Positions 1 through 11,299 of a DNA stretch of 64,000 nucleotides are shown here, in pieces. The translations under genes and the position numbers were made by a program. The stretch is from Scenedesmus sp. PABB004 (Eukaryota). The DNA is taken from contig JABVCE010000002.1 in assembly GCA_014905635.1 (NCBI GenBank), positions 124,001 to 188,000 of the forward strand, written 5' to 3'. The first letter of the stretch is position 1; the number at the start of each line of letters is the position of its first letter. The notes under the pieces are model-generated. The model had not been told where the DNA came from and made no database searches. It saw only the letters and a list, made by a program, of their open reading frames with translations.

Positions 1-21
1 CCCCGTCGCGCGGCCCCCCAG

Positions 22-216
22 GAGTTTGCGCTGCTCGAGTTCCGGCAGGCCATGCTGGAGGGCTGGGCGCAGGGCCCGCGGGCGCGCCACTCCGCGCACG
101 GCGCGCGCACGGCGCCGGCCAACCACCTCGCGGCGGCGGCGGAGGGGGCAGAGCAGCAGGAGGCGGGCGGCGGCAGCGGCGAGGACGACGACGCCGCGCA
201 GGCCGTCGGCGAGTGA
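22..216 (+). CDS. Terminal exon of an unidentified gene that begins before the window
   Basis: Acceptor ...ccccag at 19-21, then EFALLEFRQAMLEGWAQ...EDDDAAQAVGE* (TGA 214-216) with coding-like GC3. Confidence 0.6.
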   Translation, partial: EFALLEFRQAMLEGWAQGPRARHSAHGARTAPANHLAAAAEGAEQQEAGGGSGEDDDAAQAVGE

Positions 217-1452
217 GCGAGCGCGAGCGCGAGAGCGCCGCGGCGGCGGGCGGGAGTGAGCGTTGGCGTTGACAAGAGTTACTCTCAAAGCAGTTCCGGG
301 GTTCCGCGGGCAGGCACCTGCTCGCCGTCAGTCCTCCGGCCACGCCCCAGCTCGGCCTCGGCGAGGCACGCGCCGTGCCAGCTCGCGGCGCCGCAACCAC
401 CGTGGTGCGAAGCGCCGCGCGCTGCGCTCTCTCTGCGTTCCTCTCCCTGCGCGCGCGCCAATGTCAACCAAACCACACCGGGCACCGCGCGGGCGGGCAC
501 CTTTCAACGCACCTTTCAGCCGTCCAGGCTCATAACCGTGCGGGCGCTCAGCCAGCCAGAGCTGCGGCCCCGAGGCAGTGCAGTGCTGTGCAGAGGGGTG
601 AGGGTCATCACAGCCAACAAAAATGGTGCGTACTACGAGCGCCGCCCAATCGGCTGAAGAGTTTGTTGTCGCCCCCGACCGCGTTCAGGCAGCCGCCGGG
701 GGGATTTCTGGGGGCTGCACCTGGTTGTGGTGTTGGTGACAACCAGGGCGCCAGGACGATGGTGTGCAGTGTTGCGTTTTTTTGTGGGGGAGTCGGGGCG
801 GGGCGCCAGCCCGTCGTGCGAGGGGGATGGCACGCAAAGTGCCCCGGGGGAGCAAACAACAACAAAAAAAGGGGGCGGTCGGTGGGCGGGAGGCGGCGGC
901 GGCGGCGGCGCGAATTGCCGCGCCGCCGCGCTGGAGGCGTGCGTGCGTCACGGGCGGCGCCGCGGGCGCGAGAGCAGCGCAGGGAAGAACACGAGCAGAG
1001 CAGGAGGAGCAGAGCAGAGCAAACAGCTATGAGCCACCGCAGACACAGGCGGGGCGTTCATCACGAAAACCGCAGCGGGGGGCGGCCCCCGCGTTTGCGG
1101 GGGGCAGCGGGAGCAGCTCAGCAGCCCCCGCACAAGGCCACGCGGCGCGCAGCAGCGCCGCCAACGTGCGTGCTCGCCCCGGGCGCGCGGGCAGGCCGCG
1201 GCCGCCGGCCCTTTGATAACCAACGTCAACACGGCCAGGTTTGTTAGCTGCAGCTGCCGCCACCATGGCGGCCCTTGTTGTCGTGCGCCAAAGGACCCTC
1301 GCCGCTGAAAATGGCGGCTTGCGCGCGCTGCCGGCCGGGCACGTTCGGCTGCGCCCGCCGGCACTGCGGCAGCCTCGTGTGGGTTTGTCGCCTCACCCCG
1401 CGCCCGCCGGCTCGACCCCGCCTGTGTTGGAACGCGTGTGAACGCGCGCCGC

Positions 1453-2411
1453 TCACGCGAGCGGCATGAGCCGCAGCAGTTCCTGCTGCAGCTGCGCCTC
1501 CCACGCCTGCGCGGCGAGCAGCTGCTCCAGCTTGGCCTGTGTGTCCAGGTTGCGCTGCGCCGCGGCCGAACCGGCCACCAGCTGCTGCTGCAGCGCCAGG
1601 GCGTGCAGCGCGGCGCCGTCCGGGGAGCAGGGCGACAGCAGCTGGCCCGACAGCTGCGGCGCGAGGTGCTGCAGCGAGATGGGGACGCTGATCGCGTTCA
1701 CGCCGAGGCCCGCCGCTGCCAGGTGCTGGCCGCCAGCGCCGCCGCCGGCGCCGCCGACAGCTGCGGCAGCGGCGCCGAGGGCGACGCGCCGACGCCCATC
1801 GAGGGCGCGAGCAGCACGTGCTGCGGCGGCTGCTGCTGGACCAGCAGCGGCGCGGGCACAAAGCCCTGCGCCATGGGCGAGCAGGCCGCCGGCGTGAGCG
1901 CGTAGGCCGCCGGCGTGGGCGAGTAGGCCGCCAACGTGGGCGAGTAGGCCGCCGGCGCCGGCGAGTAGGCCTGCGGCGCCGGCGAGTAGGCCTGCGGCGC
2001 CGGCGAGTAGGCCTGCAGCCCGCCGTGCGCCGCCACCTGCGCCGTTGCGAGGTGCGGCATCACGTGCACCGGCGGCGAGTGCTGCCGCACCGCCCAGGGT
2101 GCGGGGTACGCCTGGGAGCTCGGGGCCAGGCCGGCGCCGGGCAGGCGCTCGAGGTCGAGGCTCGCGCGCGTGCCCAGCGCTGCTGGGTGGGACCGCGGCG
2201 GGCCGCTGCAGCTGTAGCGGCGGGGCGCCGGCGGCCGCGGCGGCGGCGGGCTGGGCCCCGCGCGCCCGGGCGGGCTGGCGCTCGGCGCCGCCGTCTGCGC
2301 CGCGGCGGGGTCGCCGCCACCAGCCGATCCGTCGGCTCGGTCATCGAACATGCACGCCGGGATGAAGACGCCGGTGCCGCGCCCGCTGCGGGAGTTCGCT
2401 GAAGCTGCCAT
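1453..2411 (-). CDS. Hypothetical low-complexity protein with GTGVFIP motif and YSPAPxA heptad repeats; apparent 1-nt frameshift near 1729
   Basis: ATG at 2411 (MAASANSRSGRGTGVFIP...). The frame stops at 1698, but coding-like sequence continues in another frame (…QHLAAAGLGVNAISVP…LLRLMPLA*) to 1453. Confidence 0.55.
1885..2013 (-). repeat. 21-nt coding tandem repeat (about 6 copies, A-Y-S-P-A/T-P-Q/A)
   Basis: Repeated ggcgagtaggcc unit at 21-nt period on the + strand. Confidence 0.9.
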
Positions 2412-3038
2412 TGCTCGCTCCCCTAGCCGGCCGGCCGGGAAAAAGGGCCGCCGACGGGACGACACTCGTGTTTCGTGCAGCGCGTCGTCGACGCGCGCCT
2501 GCGAGCGGCGTGCGGGGGCGACGCGCGCGTCACGGCACCGTACGGAAGGGACATGTAGCGTTCTGCGTTGCGCGGGGCGCCCGCGCGGCCGCGGGGCGGG
2601 GGCCGCTGCTGCCGGCGCGCGCGCAGCGCGCAGCCGCGAGGCTCCCGCCGCGTCGCCTGAGCGCCGACACGGCCCGCTGATCTCGTACGGGGGTCGGCGC
2701 GGCGCGGCGCGGCGGCAGCGCGCACCTGTCGGGGCACGTCGCGCGGAGCTAGGAGGCGCCTACGTGCGCGTCGCTGCCTCGAGCGTGCGCATTCCGACGT
2801 GCCCTGAACGTCCGCGCCGGGCGGGAGGGCGCCGTGCTCATCAAGCCGGGGCGCTCCGACAGTCGCGGTCCAGCGGCCGCTGCGCCGCGATGCCGCCAGC
2901 TGCCAGCTGAGGGCGCGGTGCCGCCGCCGCCTCAACACGCCGCTGATGAGCTGCTGCCGGCGCGCCACGGCGCCGCCGGCCGGGCGGCCGCCGCCGCGGC
3001 TCCGGCGGTCAGCGGCAGCGTTCAGCACGCTCGCCTGC

Positions 3039-3043
3039 TTACA
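3039..3043 (-). promoter_or_regulatory. TGTAA chlorophyte polyadenylation signal for the mS34 gene
   Basis: ttaca on + about 100 nt downstream of the minus-strand stop at 3146. UGUAA is the established green-algal poly(A) signal. Confidence 0.6.
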
Positions 3044-3145
3044 CTGTTCGCCCGCCGCAAGTGCGCCCGCTGCCCGCTGCCCGCCCGCTCGGGCGCGCCT
3101 GCCTAGCCTCTCCGCTGCCGCCTGCTGCTGCTGCCCCGCGCGCCG

Positions 3146-3796
3146 CTAGCCCGCCCCCGCCTCGCCAGCCGCCGCCGCTGCTGCGCCCCGGCCGCCGCCG
3201 CCGCCCGCTTCCCGCCGCGCCGCCGCGAGCCGCTGCATGTCGCGCGCCAGCGGCTCCAGCCGCGCCCGCTCCTCCGCGCTCGGCACCCAGCGCCACACGC
3301 GCTTCGCGCGGCCGTTGATGAGGCGCGGCCGCTCCTCGCGCTGCCCCCGCCACGTGAGCACGCCGTACACCTGCGCCCGGGCGCGCGGCCCGGCGGGCGG
3401 GTGGGCGGGCGGGGGTCGCAGGGGTCGCAGCAGAGGCCGGCCCTTGCCGCCGCCACTGGTGCGCTGCGATGGCGCGACCGCTGGCGCCGCGACCGCCGCA
3501 GGCGCCCCCGTGACCGCTGCCGCCGTCGCCGCCGCCGCCGCCGCGTTGGGGCGCTGCGCGCGCCGCTGCTGCCACCGGCGCTGCTGCCGCTGCTGCGCCC
3601 GCCGGCGCTGCCGCACCTTGCCGGCGGCGCCCGCGTCGTCGCGCGGCTTGACGGCGGTGACGTCCCAGTAGCTGTCGCCGTAGGGGGCCCAGGAGGCGCG
3701 CGTGACGCGCGCCCCGACGCCCAGGGCGGGCAGGCGGCCCACCACGTCCAGCAGGGCGCGGTTGGCTGGCGCCGTCAGCAGGGCCAGCAGGCTCAT
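3146..3796 (-). CDS. MRPS34: Mitochondrial small ribosomal subunit protein mS34
   Basis: Exons 3796-3617 and 3370-3146 (GT-AG). LPALGVGARVTRASW...SYWDVTAVKP...GKVYGVLTWRG matches the MRP-S34 family pattern. Confidence 0.8.
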   Translation of the reverse strand: MSLLALLTAPANRALLDVVGRLPALGVGARVTRASWAPYGDSYWDVTAVKPRDDAGAAGKVRQRRRAQQRQQRRWQQRRAQRPNAAAAAATAAAVTGAPAAVAAPAVAPSQRTSGGGKGRPLLRPLRPPPAHPPAGPRARAQVYGVLTWRGQREERPRLINGRAKRVWRWVPSAEERARLEPLARDMQRLAAARREAGGGGGRGAAAAAAGEAGAG

Positions 3797-3987
3797 GGCG
3801 TCGAGGGTTTACTAGCGTCCCGACGGGATGGGCCCGGGGGCGGCCTCTGTTTGCGCGCTGCGCGGGAGAGCAGCAGTCGATCGAGGCTCAGCGCGCCGCT
3901 CTCGTTTGGCGCGCGCCTGGCGTCGAGTGGCCCACCTTTCCCACCTTTCCCTCCCCCGCACCCCCTCGCTGCCCGGGAACTGGCGCC

Positions 3988-4823
3988 ATGCTCACCGCGC
4001 AGCGCTCCGCGATGCGCAGCGGCCAGCGGTGAGCGCGGGGCGCGGGGGCGCCTGCTAGGCGGCGCGGGTTGCTGGCAGGGCTCTCGCGGCCTCGCCGCCG
4101 CGCGCCCGCGCCGCGGCGCGCGCCAGGGACGCCGGGCCAGCGCGGTGCTGGCGTTCAACGCCCGCCCGCGCGCGCCCCGCGTTCATTGATCCCCCGCAGC
4201 GCCGCGTTCGGGGCTGGGCGCCCTGGCGCCCGTCAGAGGCTCGTCGCCGTGAGGCCGCAGGCGAGCGGCGGCGCGCCGCGGCGCGCAGCGCCGGGCGCTG
4301 CGCCGGGCGCGGCGCCGGCGGCGCGGCGGTCGCTGGGCGCGCGCTGCCCTGGGGTTAGGGGCCCCGCCGCGCTGCCGGCTCCGGCGCCACCCGCGCGCGC
4401 CACCGCCGGCGCAGTGGCGCGAGCGGCGGGGCCGCCGCCAACCGCCGCGCCGCGCGCGCAGGCGTCGGCCGCCGACGGCGCGTTTGCGGACTACAAGCCC
4501 ACCACCGCCTTCTTCTTCCCCGGCCAGGGCGCGCAGTCCGTCGGCATGGCCAAGGCGCGCCGCCGCGGGCGCGGGCGCGCGCCGCCCGCACGCTCGCCCG
4601 CCGACCCGCACGCAGCGCGCTGCTGCGCCGTCCCAACCGCCGCGCCGCGCCGCGCCCGCGCGCGCAGGAGCTGGTCGCCGAGGTGCCCGCGGCCAAGGCG
4701 CTGTTTGACAAGGCGTCCGAGATCCTCGGCTACGACCTCCTGCAGGTGCCGCGCCGGGGGGCGCGGCCGCGCGCGCAGCGCGCCGCGGCGGCGGCGGCCT
4801 GCCTGTGGCGGCGCCGCGGCGCA

Positions 4824-4864
<41 letters not shown>

Positions 4865-6353
4865 GGCGCGGGCGCGGGCGCGGGCGCCGCCTCACGGCGC
4901 GCCCCCTGCGGCCGCCGCGCAGGTGTGCGTGGAGGGGCCGAAGGAGAAGCTGGACACCACCGCCGTCAGCCAGGTGCGCGCCCGCCAGGAGCGCAGCGGC
5001 CCGGGGAGGAGCACGGCGGGGCCGCGGCGCCCACGCCGGCCCCCCGTCGCGCTCGCCGCCGCGGCGCCCCTGGCCTCCCCCCGCGCGCGCAGCCCGCCAT
5101 CTACGTCGCCAGCCTGGCCGCGGTCGAGAAGCTGCGCGCGACCGAGGGCCAGGCGCTGCTGGACAGCGTGGACGTGACGTGCGGCCTCTCGCTGGGCGAG
5201 TACACCGCCCTGGCCTTTGCGGGTGCGGCGCGGCGCGCACCGCCGCGCAGCAGCCCGGCAGCGCCGCGGCGCGCACGGCCGCGCCTGGCCGCCGCGCCGC
5301 GCCGCGGCGGCGCCCTCGAGACGCGCCCCCCGCCCGCCGCCGGCGCGGGCGCCGCCGCAGGCGCGATGTCGTTTGAGGACGGGCTGCGCCTCGTGAAGCT
5401 GCGCGGCGAGTCGATGCAGGCCGCCGCCGACGCGGCCAAGAGCGGCATGGTCAGCGTGATCGGCCTCGACAAGGACAAGGTCGCCGCGCTGTGCGAGGCG
5501 GCGACGCAGGAGGTGCGCCCGCGCGCGGCGCCGCGGGCGCGGGCGGGGGGCTCGCGCGCGGCCGCGCCGACGCGCGCCGACGCGCGCGCGCCGCCGCGCG
5601 GCGCCGCACCGCAGGTGGGCGAGGCCAAGGCGGTGCGCATCGCCAACTTCCTGTGCCCCGGCAACTACGCGGTCTCGGGCAGCATCGAGGGCTGCGAGGC
5701 GGTGGAGCGCCTCGGCAAGGACCCCGCGTTCAAGGCCCGCATGACGGTGCGGGGGCCATGGACTGCGCCGCACCGCGCGGGAGCGACAGCGGGACGGGGA
5801 GCAAGAGCAAGGGCCCCACGCCGGCCGCCGCCCCACGCCCACGCCGCCGCGCGCCGCGCACGCCGCCGCCGCCGCGGCGCAGGTGCGCCTGGCGGTCGCG
5901 GGCGCGTTCCACACGCAGTACATGGCGCCCGCGGCGGAGAAGCTCCAGGCCGCGCTCGCGGCGACCGCCATCACGGCGCCGCGCATCCCCGTCATCTCAA
6001 ACGTCGACGCGCAGCCGCACAGCGACCCCGCCGCGATCAAGGCCATCCTCGCGCAGCAGGCACGCCGCGGCGGCGCCGCGGCGGCGGCGGCGGCGGCGCA
6101 GCGCGGCAGCCCCGGCGCCGCGGCCACGCCCCCGCGCGGCGGCGGCGCTGACCCGCCCCGCCCCCGCGCCCGTCGCCCGACGCCGCGCCGCCGCGGCGCG
6201 CAGCTGACGTCGCCGGTGCAGTGGGAGACGACGCTGACGACGCTGCTGGGCAAGGGCCTGACCAAGAGCTACGAGGTCGGGCCGGGCAAGGTCATCGCGG
6301 GCATCATGAAGCGTATCGACAAGAAGGCGGAGATCATCAACGTCGTCGCCTGA
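3988..6353 (+). CDS. MCAT: Malonyl-CoA:ACP transacylase (FabD), organelle-targeted
   Basis: 10 exons (3988-4028, 4200-4260, 4462-4554, 4668-4745, 4923-4973, 5093-5222, 5361-5512, 5615-5746, 5883-6059, 6204-6353). Motifs FPGQGAQ, SQPAI, GLSLGEYTA, AGAFHT, QLTSPVQW, EVGPGKV. GC donors at 4261, 4555 and 6060. Confidence 0.95.
4824..4885. repeat. Intronic (GCGCGG)n hexamer repeat
   Basis: Directly visible in an MCAT intron. Confidence 0.8.
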
Positions 6354-6578
6354 GACCGCCCCGGCGGCCGGCGGGCGTGGCGGGGCGGGGGCAGCGCGGC
6401 GGCGGCGCCCTGGCGGCTGTGGCGGCGCGCGGCGGCTGGCCGCGCGGCGGCTGGCGGCGCGGGGGTATTGGCGGGTAACAGCGTCCGCGCGCTCGGGTTG
6501 CCCTGGACGCGCACAACTCGCGCACAACCCGCTCGCACGTGCGCCACGCACTCCGCCTTCCCCCCGCCGGCCGGCGCC

Positions 6579-7317
6579 TCACGCGCTGCCGCCCTCGCCG
6601 GGCGGCGCCATGGCGGCGCGGCCCTCCTCGCGGCCCTCGTTGAACTGCTGGGACACGCGCTCCGCCTCCGCCGAGAGGCCCTCCTTGGCCGACTCGACCA
6701 CCGACGCGGCCGAGTGCTTGGCCTGCTCCGCGCGCGCGCCCGCGGCGTCGCGCGCCGCGTCGGCGGTCTCGTGCGCGCCCTGCGAGGCGCTCGCCCGCGT
6801 CCTGCGCGCGGCTGCTGGCCTGCAGGCCGCAGGGGCGGCGGCGCGCGGCGGGCGGCAGGTTCGGCGGCGGCGCGGCCGCGGCGGCGGGGTCGCCGGCCCT
6901 GGCGGCCCGGCCGCGCGCGCGCGCGCGCGCGCGCGCCTTGTCGGCGGCGTCCTGCGCTGCGGCCTTGGTGTCGTCGGCGGCCTCGGCGGCGCCCGCCTTG
7001 CCAGACTCGTAGCTCTCCCGCGCGCGGCCGCCGATCTGCGCGCGCGCGCGCGGTGGGGAGCGCGCGAGGCCACGCGCGCGGGCCAGCGTGCGGCGCGCGG
7101 TGCGCGAGCGTCGGCGACGGCCGGCGCGGCATCGCTGCCGCCGCACCTCGCCGGCCGCCTCGGCCGCCTTGCCCTGCAGCTCGCCCGCCTTCTCCGACGT
7201 GGCCGCCCCGGTGTCCTGCGCGCGCGCCGCCGCGCCGCCGAGCGCCTCGCTCGCGCGCTGCGCGGCGTCCGCGACGGCCTGGCTGGCGTCGGCGACGGCC
7301 GACTTGACCTTGTCCAT
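6579..7317 (-). CDS. LEA-like (late embryogenesis abundant) hydrophilic protein
   Basis: MDKVKSAVADASQAVADAAQRASEA...DDTKAAAQDAADK...AEQAKHSAASVVESAKEG. A/K/E/D-rich with amphipathic periodicity. Three exons, second intron with a GC donor. Confidence 0.7.
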
Positions 7318-8773
7318 GGCGCGAGCTGTGGCGGCGGGCTCCGCGGCGGGCGGTGCGGCGGGCGGCGTGGCGGCGCGGCGCGGCGTGGTGCGCCCCGCTG
7401 CTGCCAGCGCCTGCTGGGACGCGCTGCGCGCTGCCCGCAGCGCTGCCGCCGCCGCTGGCGCGTGCCGCGAGCGAGCGCGGGCGCGGCGCGCCGCGGCCGC
7501 GCACGCACCTTGCGGGCGAGGGGGCACGCGCGGAGGCAGGCGGGCTCGGGCTGCCGGGGTGCGCGCGCGGTGTGTGGAGGGGCTGGGCGCGCGCGCTGGC
7601 GCCGTCGCCCCGCCGACGTCGCTGCGTCACGCGGGTTCAGTTCGAGCACCGCGCCCGCGCCAGGACCACGCTTACCACATCGCGCCACTCTCCCGCGAGC
7701 GCGGCGCGGGCTGCGGGGTGGCAACGGCCGGGCGGCGGTCGACCGCCGGTACGGCGGCGGCGCGCACGCGCCGCCGGCGGCCACCCCGCGCCCTGGCGCC
7801 AGCGCCCGAGGCCTCAGCGCGTGGCCGCACGCTCGCCAGGCATCGCAGCGCGGCGCCAGGCGGGCCCTGCGCGCGGGCGCGGGGGCGCTCGAGCGGCGGC
7901 GCGATCGCGCGCTCGGCGGCCGCAGGCACGCGCGTTTCTCGACTCCCCGGCGCCTCTCCACCTCTCGGAGGCTGGGGCGCTTGCCACGAGGCGCGCCACG
8001 ATCGCCGCAATCCTGGCAAGATAGCTGACCTCATCGCGGGCTCCGCGTGGCTCGCACGGCCTTCCGAGCTGCCGCCGCCCCGCCCAGAGCTCGTGGGCGT
8101 GTAGGTGCAGCTCCCCGCCATCGCCGGCGGCCAGCGGGCCCCGTAGAGCGGCGCCCCGCCAAGCAGCGTGTGCGGCGCGCACGGGCTCTGCTGGCCGCCG
8201 CGCGGCAGCTCCTCAATCCCAGCCGGCCAACGCCGTGGCGGTGCGACACGTGCACGCGGCTCAGGTTGGCGACGCGGTTACCGCCCCTAGCGGCTGCGAC
8301 CCCGCGCGCGCTCGCGCCTCAACTGCCGCCGCTCCCGCCGGGGGCGCGGCGCCGCGCGCGTACGCATCAATGAAACCGCGGCGCCGAGGCGTGTGGATGC
8401 ATTGTGCGGCCCGGCGCGCCGCCCGCTGGCGCGGCGGCTGCCGCGCCTCGGCGCAGGCCCGCGCGCGCGCTCGGCCGCGCCGCGCGCCGCGCCCCCGGCC
8501 CGCTCGTGCACACGCTCCGTCGTCGCTCGATCCGCGGATCCCCCAGTTGCGCCGGTGGCGCACGCTGCGGCTCGGCTGCTCCCCCGCCCGGCTGCCCGGC
8601 ACATGCCCTGCCTGCCCCCGCCCCCGCCCTGCGCCCCGCACCGCCCGTCCGCCCGCCCCGCGCGCGCCGCGGCGCGCGGCGGCGGCAGGCCGCTGCTGCG
8701 GCTGCTGCCGCCGCGCGCGCCGCGCGGCCGCGCCCGCGCCCGCCGCGCGCGCCGCTGTCGCTGCGGCGGGCGC

Positions 8774-10265
8774 TCAGTCGATGAGCTCGTCGTCGTCGTC
8801 CGCGGGCAGCGGCGCGTTGACGGCCTCCGCGAGCTCGCGCTCGTTGCGCTCCTGCTCCGCGAGGTCGATCTGCACCTCGGGCGGCGGCAGCGCCACCTCC
8901 TCCACAAACTGCAGGTGCGGGTCGCTGCGCGGCGGCGGCGGGGCGGCGGCGGGGCGCGGCGGGCGGTGAGCGGCTCCAGCGCGCGGGCTGTGCCCGCCGC
9001 CCGCGCGCGCCGGCGCGTCTGCTCCCGCGCCGCCTCCCTCCAGTCGCCGCCCCCGGCCGCCGGCGCACCCGGTGAGCTTGCGCGCGAGGTAGAGGAAGGG
9101 CTTCTCGTAGTTGTAGTTGGACTTGGCGCTGATCTCGTAGTACTGCAGGTTCTTCTTGCGGTGGAACGTCACCTGCTTGGGCTTGACCTGGCGGTTCTTC
9201 ACGTCCACCTTGTTGCCGCACAGCACGATGGGGATGTTCTCGCACACCCTGCGCGGCGGGGGTTTGGGCGGCGGCGGCGCAGCGCACGCGCGCGTCGGGC
9301 GGGCAGCGCGGCGGCGCTCCGCACGCGGCCAACCGCCGCAACCGCCCGCGCGCGCGCCGCCGGCGCTGGCGCGAACGCTGCCGCCGCCCGCGTGCATGCG
9401 GCCGCCCGCCACGCTGCCGCTGGCGCGCGGGCGCCGCTCACGCGCCGTCGCCGCCCTGCGGCCCCGCCGCTGCTGTGCGGCGGCGCCGGCAGCAGCAGCA
9501 GCGGCGGCAGCGGCGGCGGCGGCAGCAGCGCCGCCGGGCTCGCCCGCCCGCTCGCTCGCTGCGGCGCCGCACCTGCACAGGTCTCTGTGCCAGGTGGGGA
9601 CGTTCTTGTAGGTTAGCCGGCTGGTGACGTCAAACATGATGATCGCGCACTGGCCGTGGATGTAGTACCCGTCGCGCAGGCCGCCAAACTTTTCCTGGCC
9701 CGCCGTGTCCCAGCAGTAGAAGCGAATCTTGCCGCGGTTGGTCGTGAAGTCCAGGGGGCGCACCTCCACGCCGATGGTGGCTGCGCGCGGGCGGGCGTGC
9801 GGGGGTGGGCGCGGGCGGGCAGGCGCCGGGCGGTGGCCGCAGCCTGGCGGCCGGGGGCGGCCCTCCCCGGGCGCCGGCACTCACGCTCATACTTCTTCTC
9901 GAACTCGCCCGTCAGGTGGCGCTTCACAAAGGTCGTCTTGCCTGCGGCGCGGCGCGGGGCGGGGCCGTGATCCCTCGCCGACGCCCGCACCGCCGCGCCG
10001 GCGGCCCGGGGCGCCCCCCGCCCGCCGCGCCGCGCGGGAGGAGGGCAGCGGCCGCTGCTGGCGCCGTGGCGCGCCCGTCCGCGCGCCGCGGGGGCCGGGC
10101 TGCGCGCCTGTGCCGCCATCGCCAACCAACACCAGCTTGAAGTGGGGCACGCCCTCCGGCGTGACCTGCCCCGGCAGCGCCTGCGGACGGGCGGGGCCCG
10201 GTCGACCCCCCGCGCGCGCCGGCGGGGCCCATGCGCGCCGGGGCGCCCCGGGCGCGCCGCACCAT
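8774..10265 (-). CDS. RAN: GTP-binding nuclear protein Ran
   Basis: Coding exon 1 is the ATG alone (10265-10263), then 10180-10108, 9941-9885, 9780-9573, 9248-9069, 8924-8774. [36 protein letters not shown] and an acidic DDDELID tail. Confidence 0.98.
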
Positions 10266-11299
10266 CACAAGCTGCTGCTTCGCGCGACTGCTGCTGCGCC
10301 CGCTGCCCGCGGGAGCGCGCCGCCTGCTGGCGGTGAACTAGGCGGTCGTGGATGGGCGCGCGGGGCGGCGTCTGGGGGCGGCGGGGCGAGGGGCGCCCGG
10401 GTCGGCCGCGGCCGCGCTTCCAGAGCGCCCGCGGGTTCTGCAGTTTGAGCGGCGCGCCGCGGGGCCCCGCCCCGCTGGCCGGGCCCGGGCGGTGGCCCAA
10501 CAGCCGGCCGCGGGCAGCCGGGGGCCGGCGGCCGCGGCGGCGACAGCTGCGCGCGGCGGCGGGCGCGCGCGGCCCCCTGCGACGCCAGCGCCGCGCGCCG
10601 GGCGCGGGGCAGCGGCGCTGCCGCCAGCAGCGTCATGGCACCCCACGCGGGGCGCGGCGCCGCACGCCGGCGGCGGGCGCCGCGCCGGCGGCGGCGGCGC
10701 TGCTGCCGCGCCAGCAGCAGCCGCCAGCGGCGTCGGCAGGGGCGTCGGTCGCGCCGCCAGCAGCGACAGCGACGGCAGCGGCAGCGGCCAACAGTGGCGG
10801 CACCCACAGCGGCGGCGGCAGCCGCACTCAGCGGCGGCAGCGACCGACCACCGCTCGCCTGCGAGCGTGGGCGCCGCCATCGGCCCCGCTGGTGGAGCGG
10901 CTCGTCGCGGCGTTCGCGCCGGGCGCAGACCGGGCGCGGCCGTGCGGCGCGGCCCTGAAGTCGAGCGGCGCTGGATGGCCGTCAACCTTCGGTCAAACGG
11001 GGCGCCCGAGCTTCACGCGGCCTCCTGCGCGCGCCTGCGCCGCCTCCGAGCCCGCAGAGGTCATCGCGATCTCTCTGTGTTGGGCCACGCGCGCGGGACC
11101 TCGTCTCGCGCGGGACGGAGCGGGACAGAGCGCTCGCGGCTCCTCGGCCTCTCCGCGCGGGCCCCGGCCGGCAGCGCGTCGTAAGCCGCGTGGAGGTCGC
11201 CTGCAGGCCCCGCAGCCCACGGCAGGAGCCGCGGAGCCGGCCAGGCACGCGCGGCGGCGCCAGCAGCGCGGCGGCGGCGCCTGTGCGCGCGCGCCGCCC

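Noticed and set aside
4351..4361. GGGTTAGGG telomere-like motif
   Set aside because: Single copy in an MCAT intron; chance occurrence.
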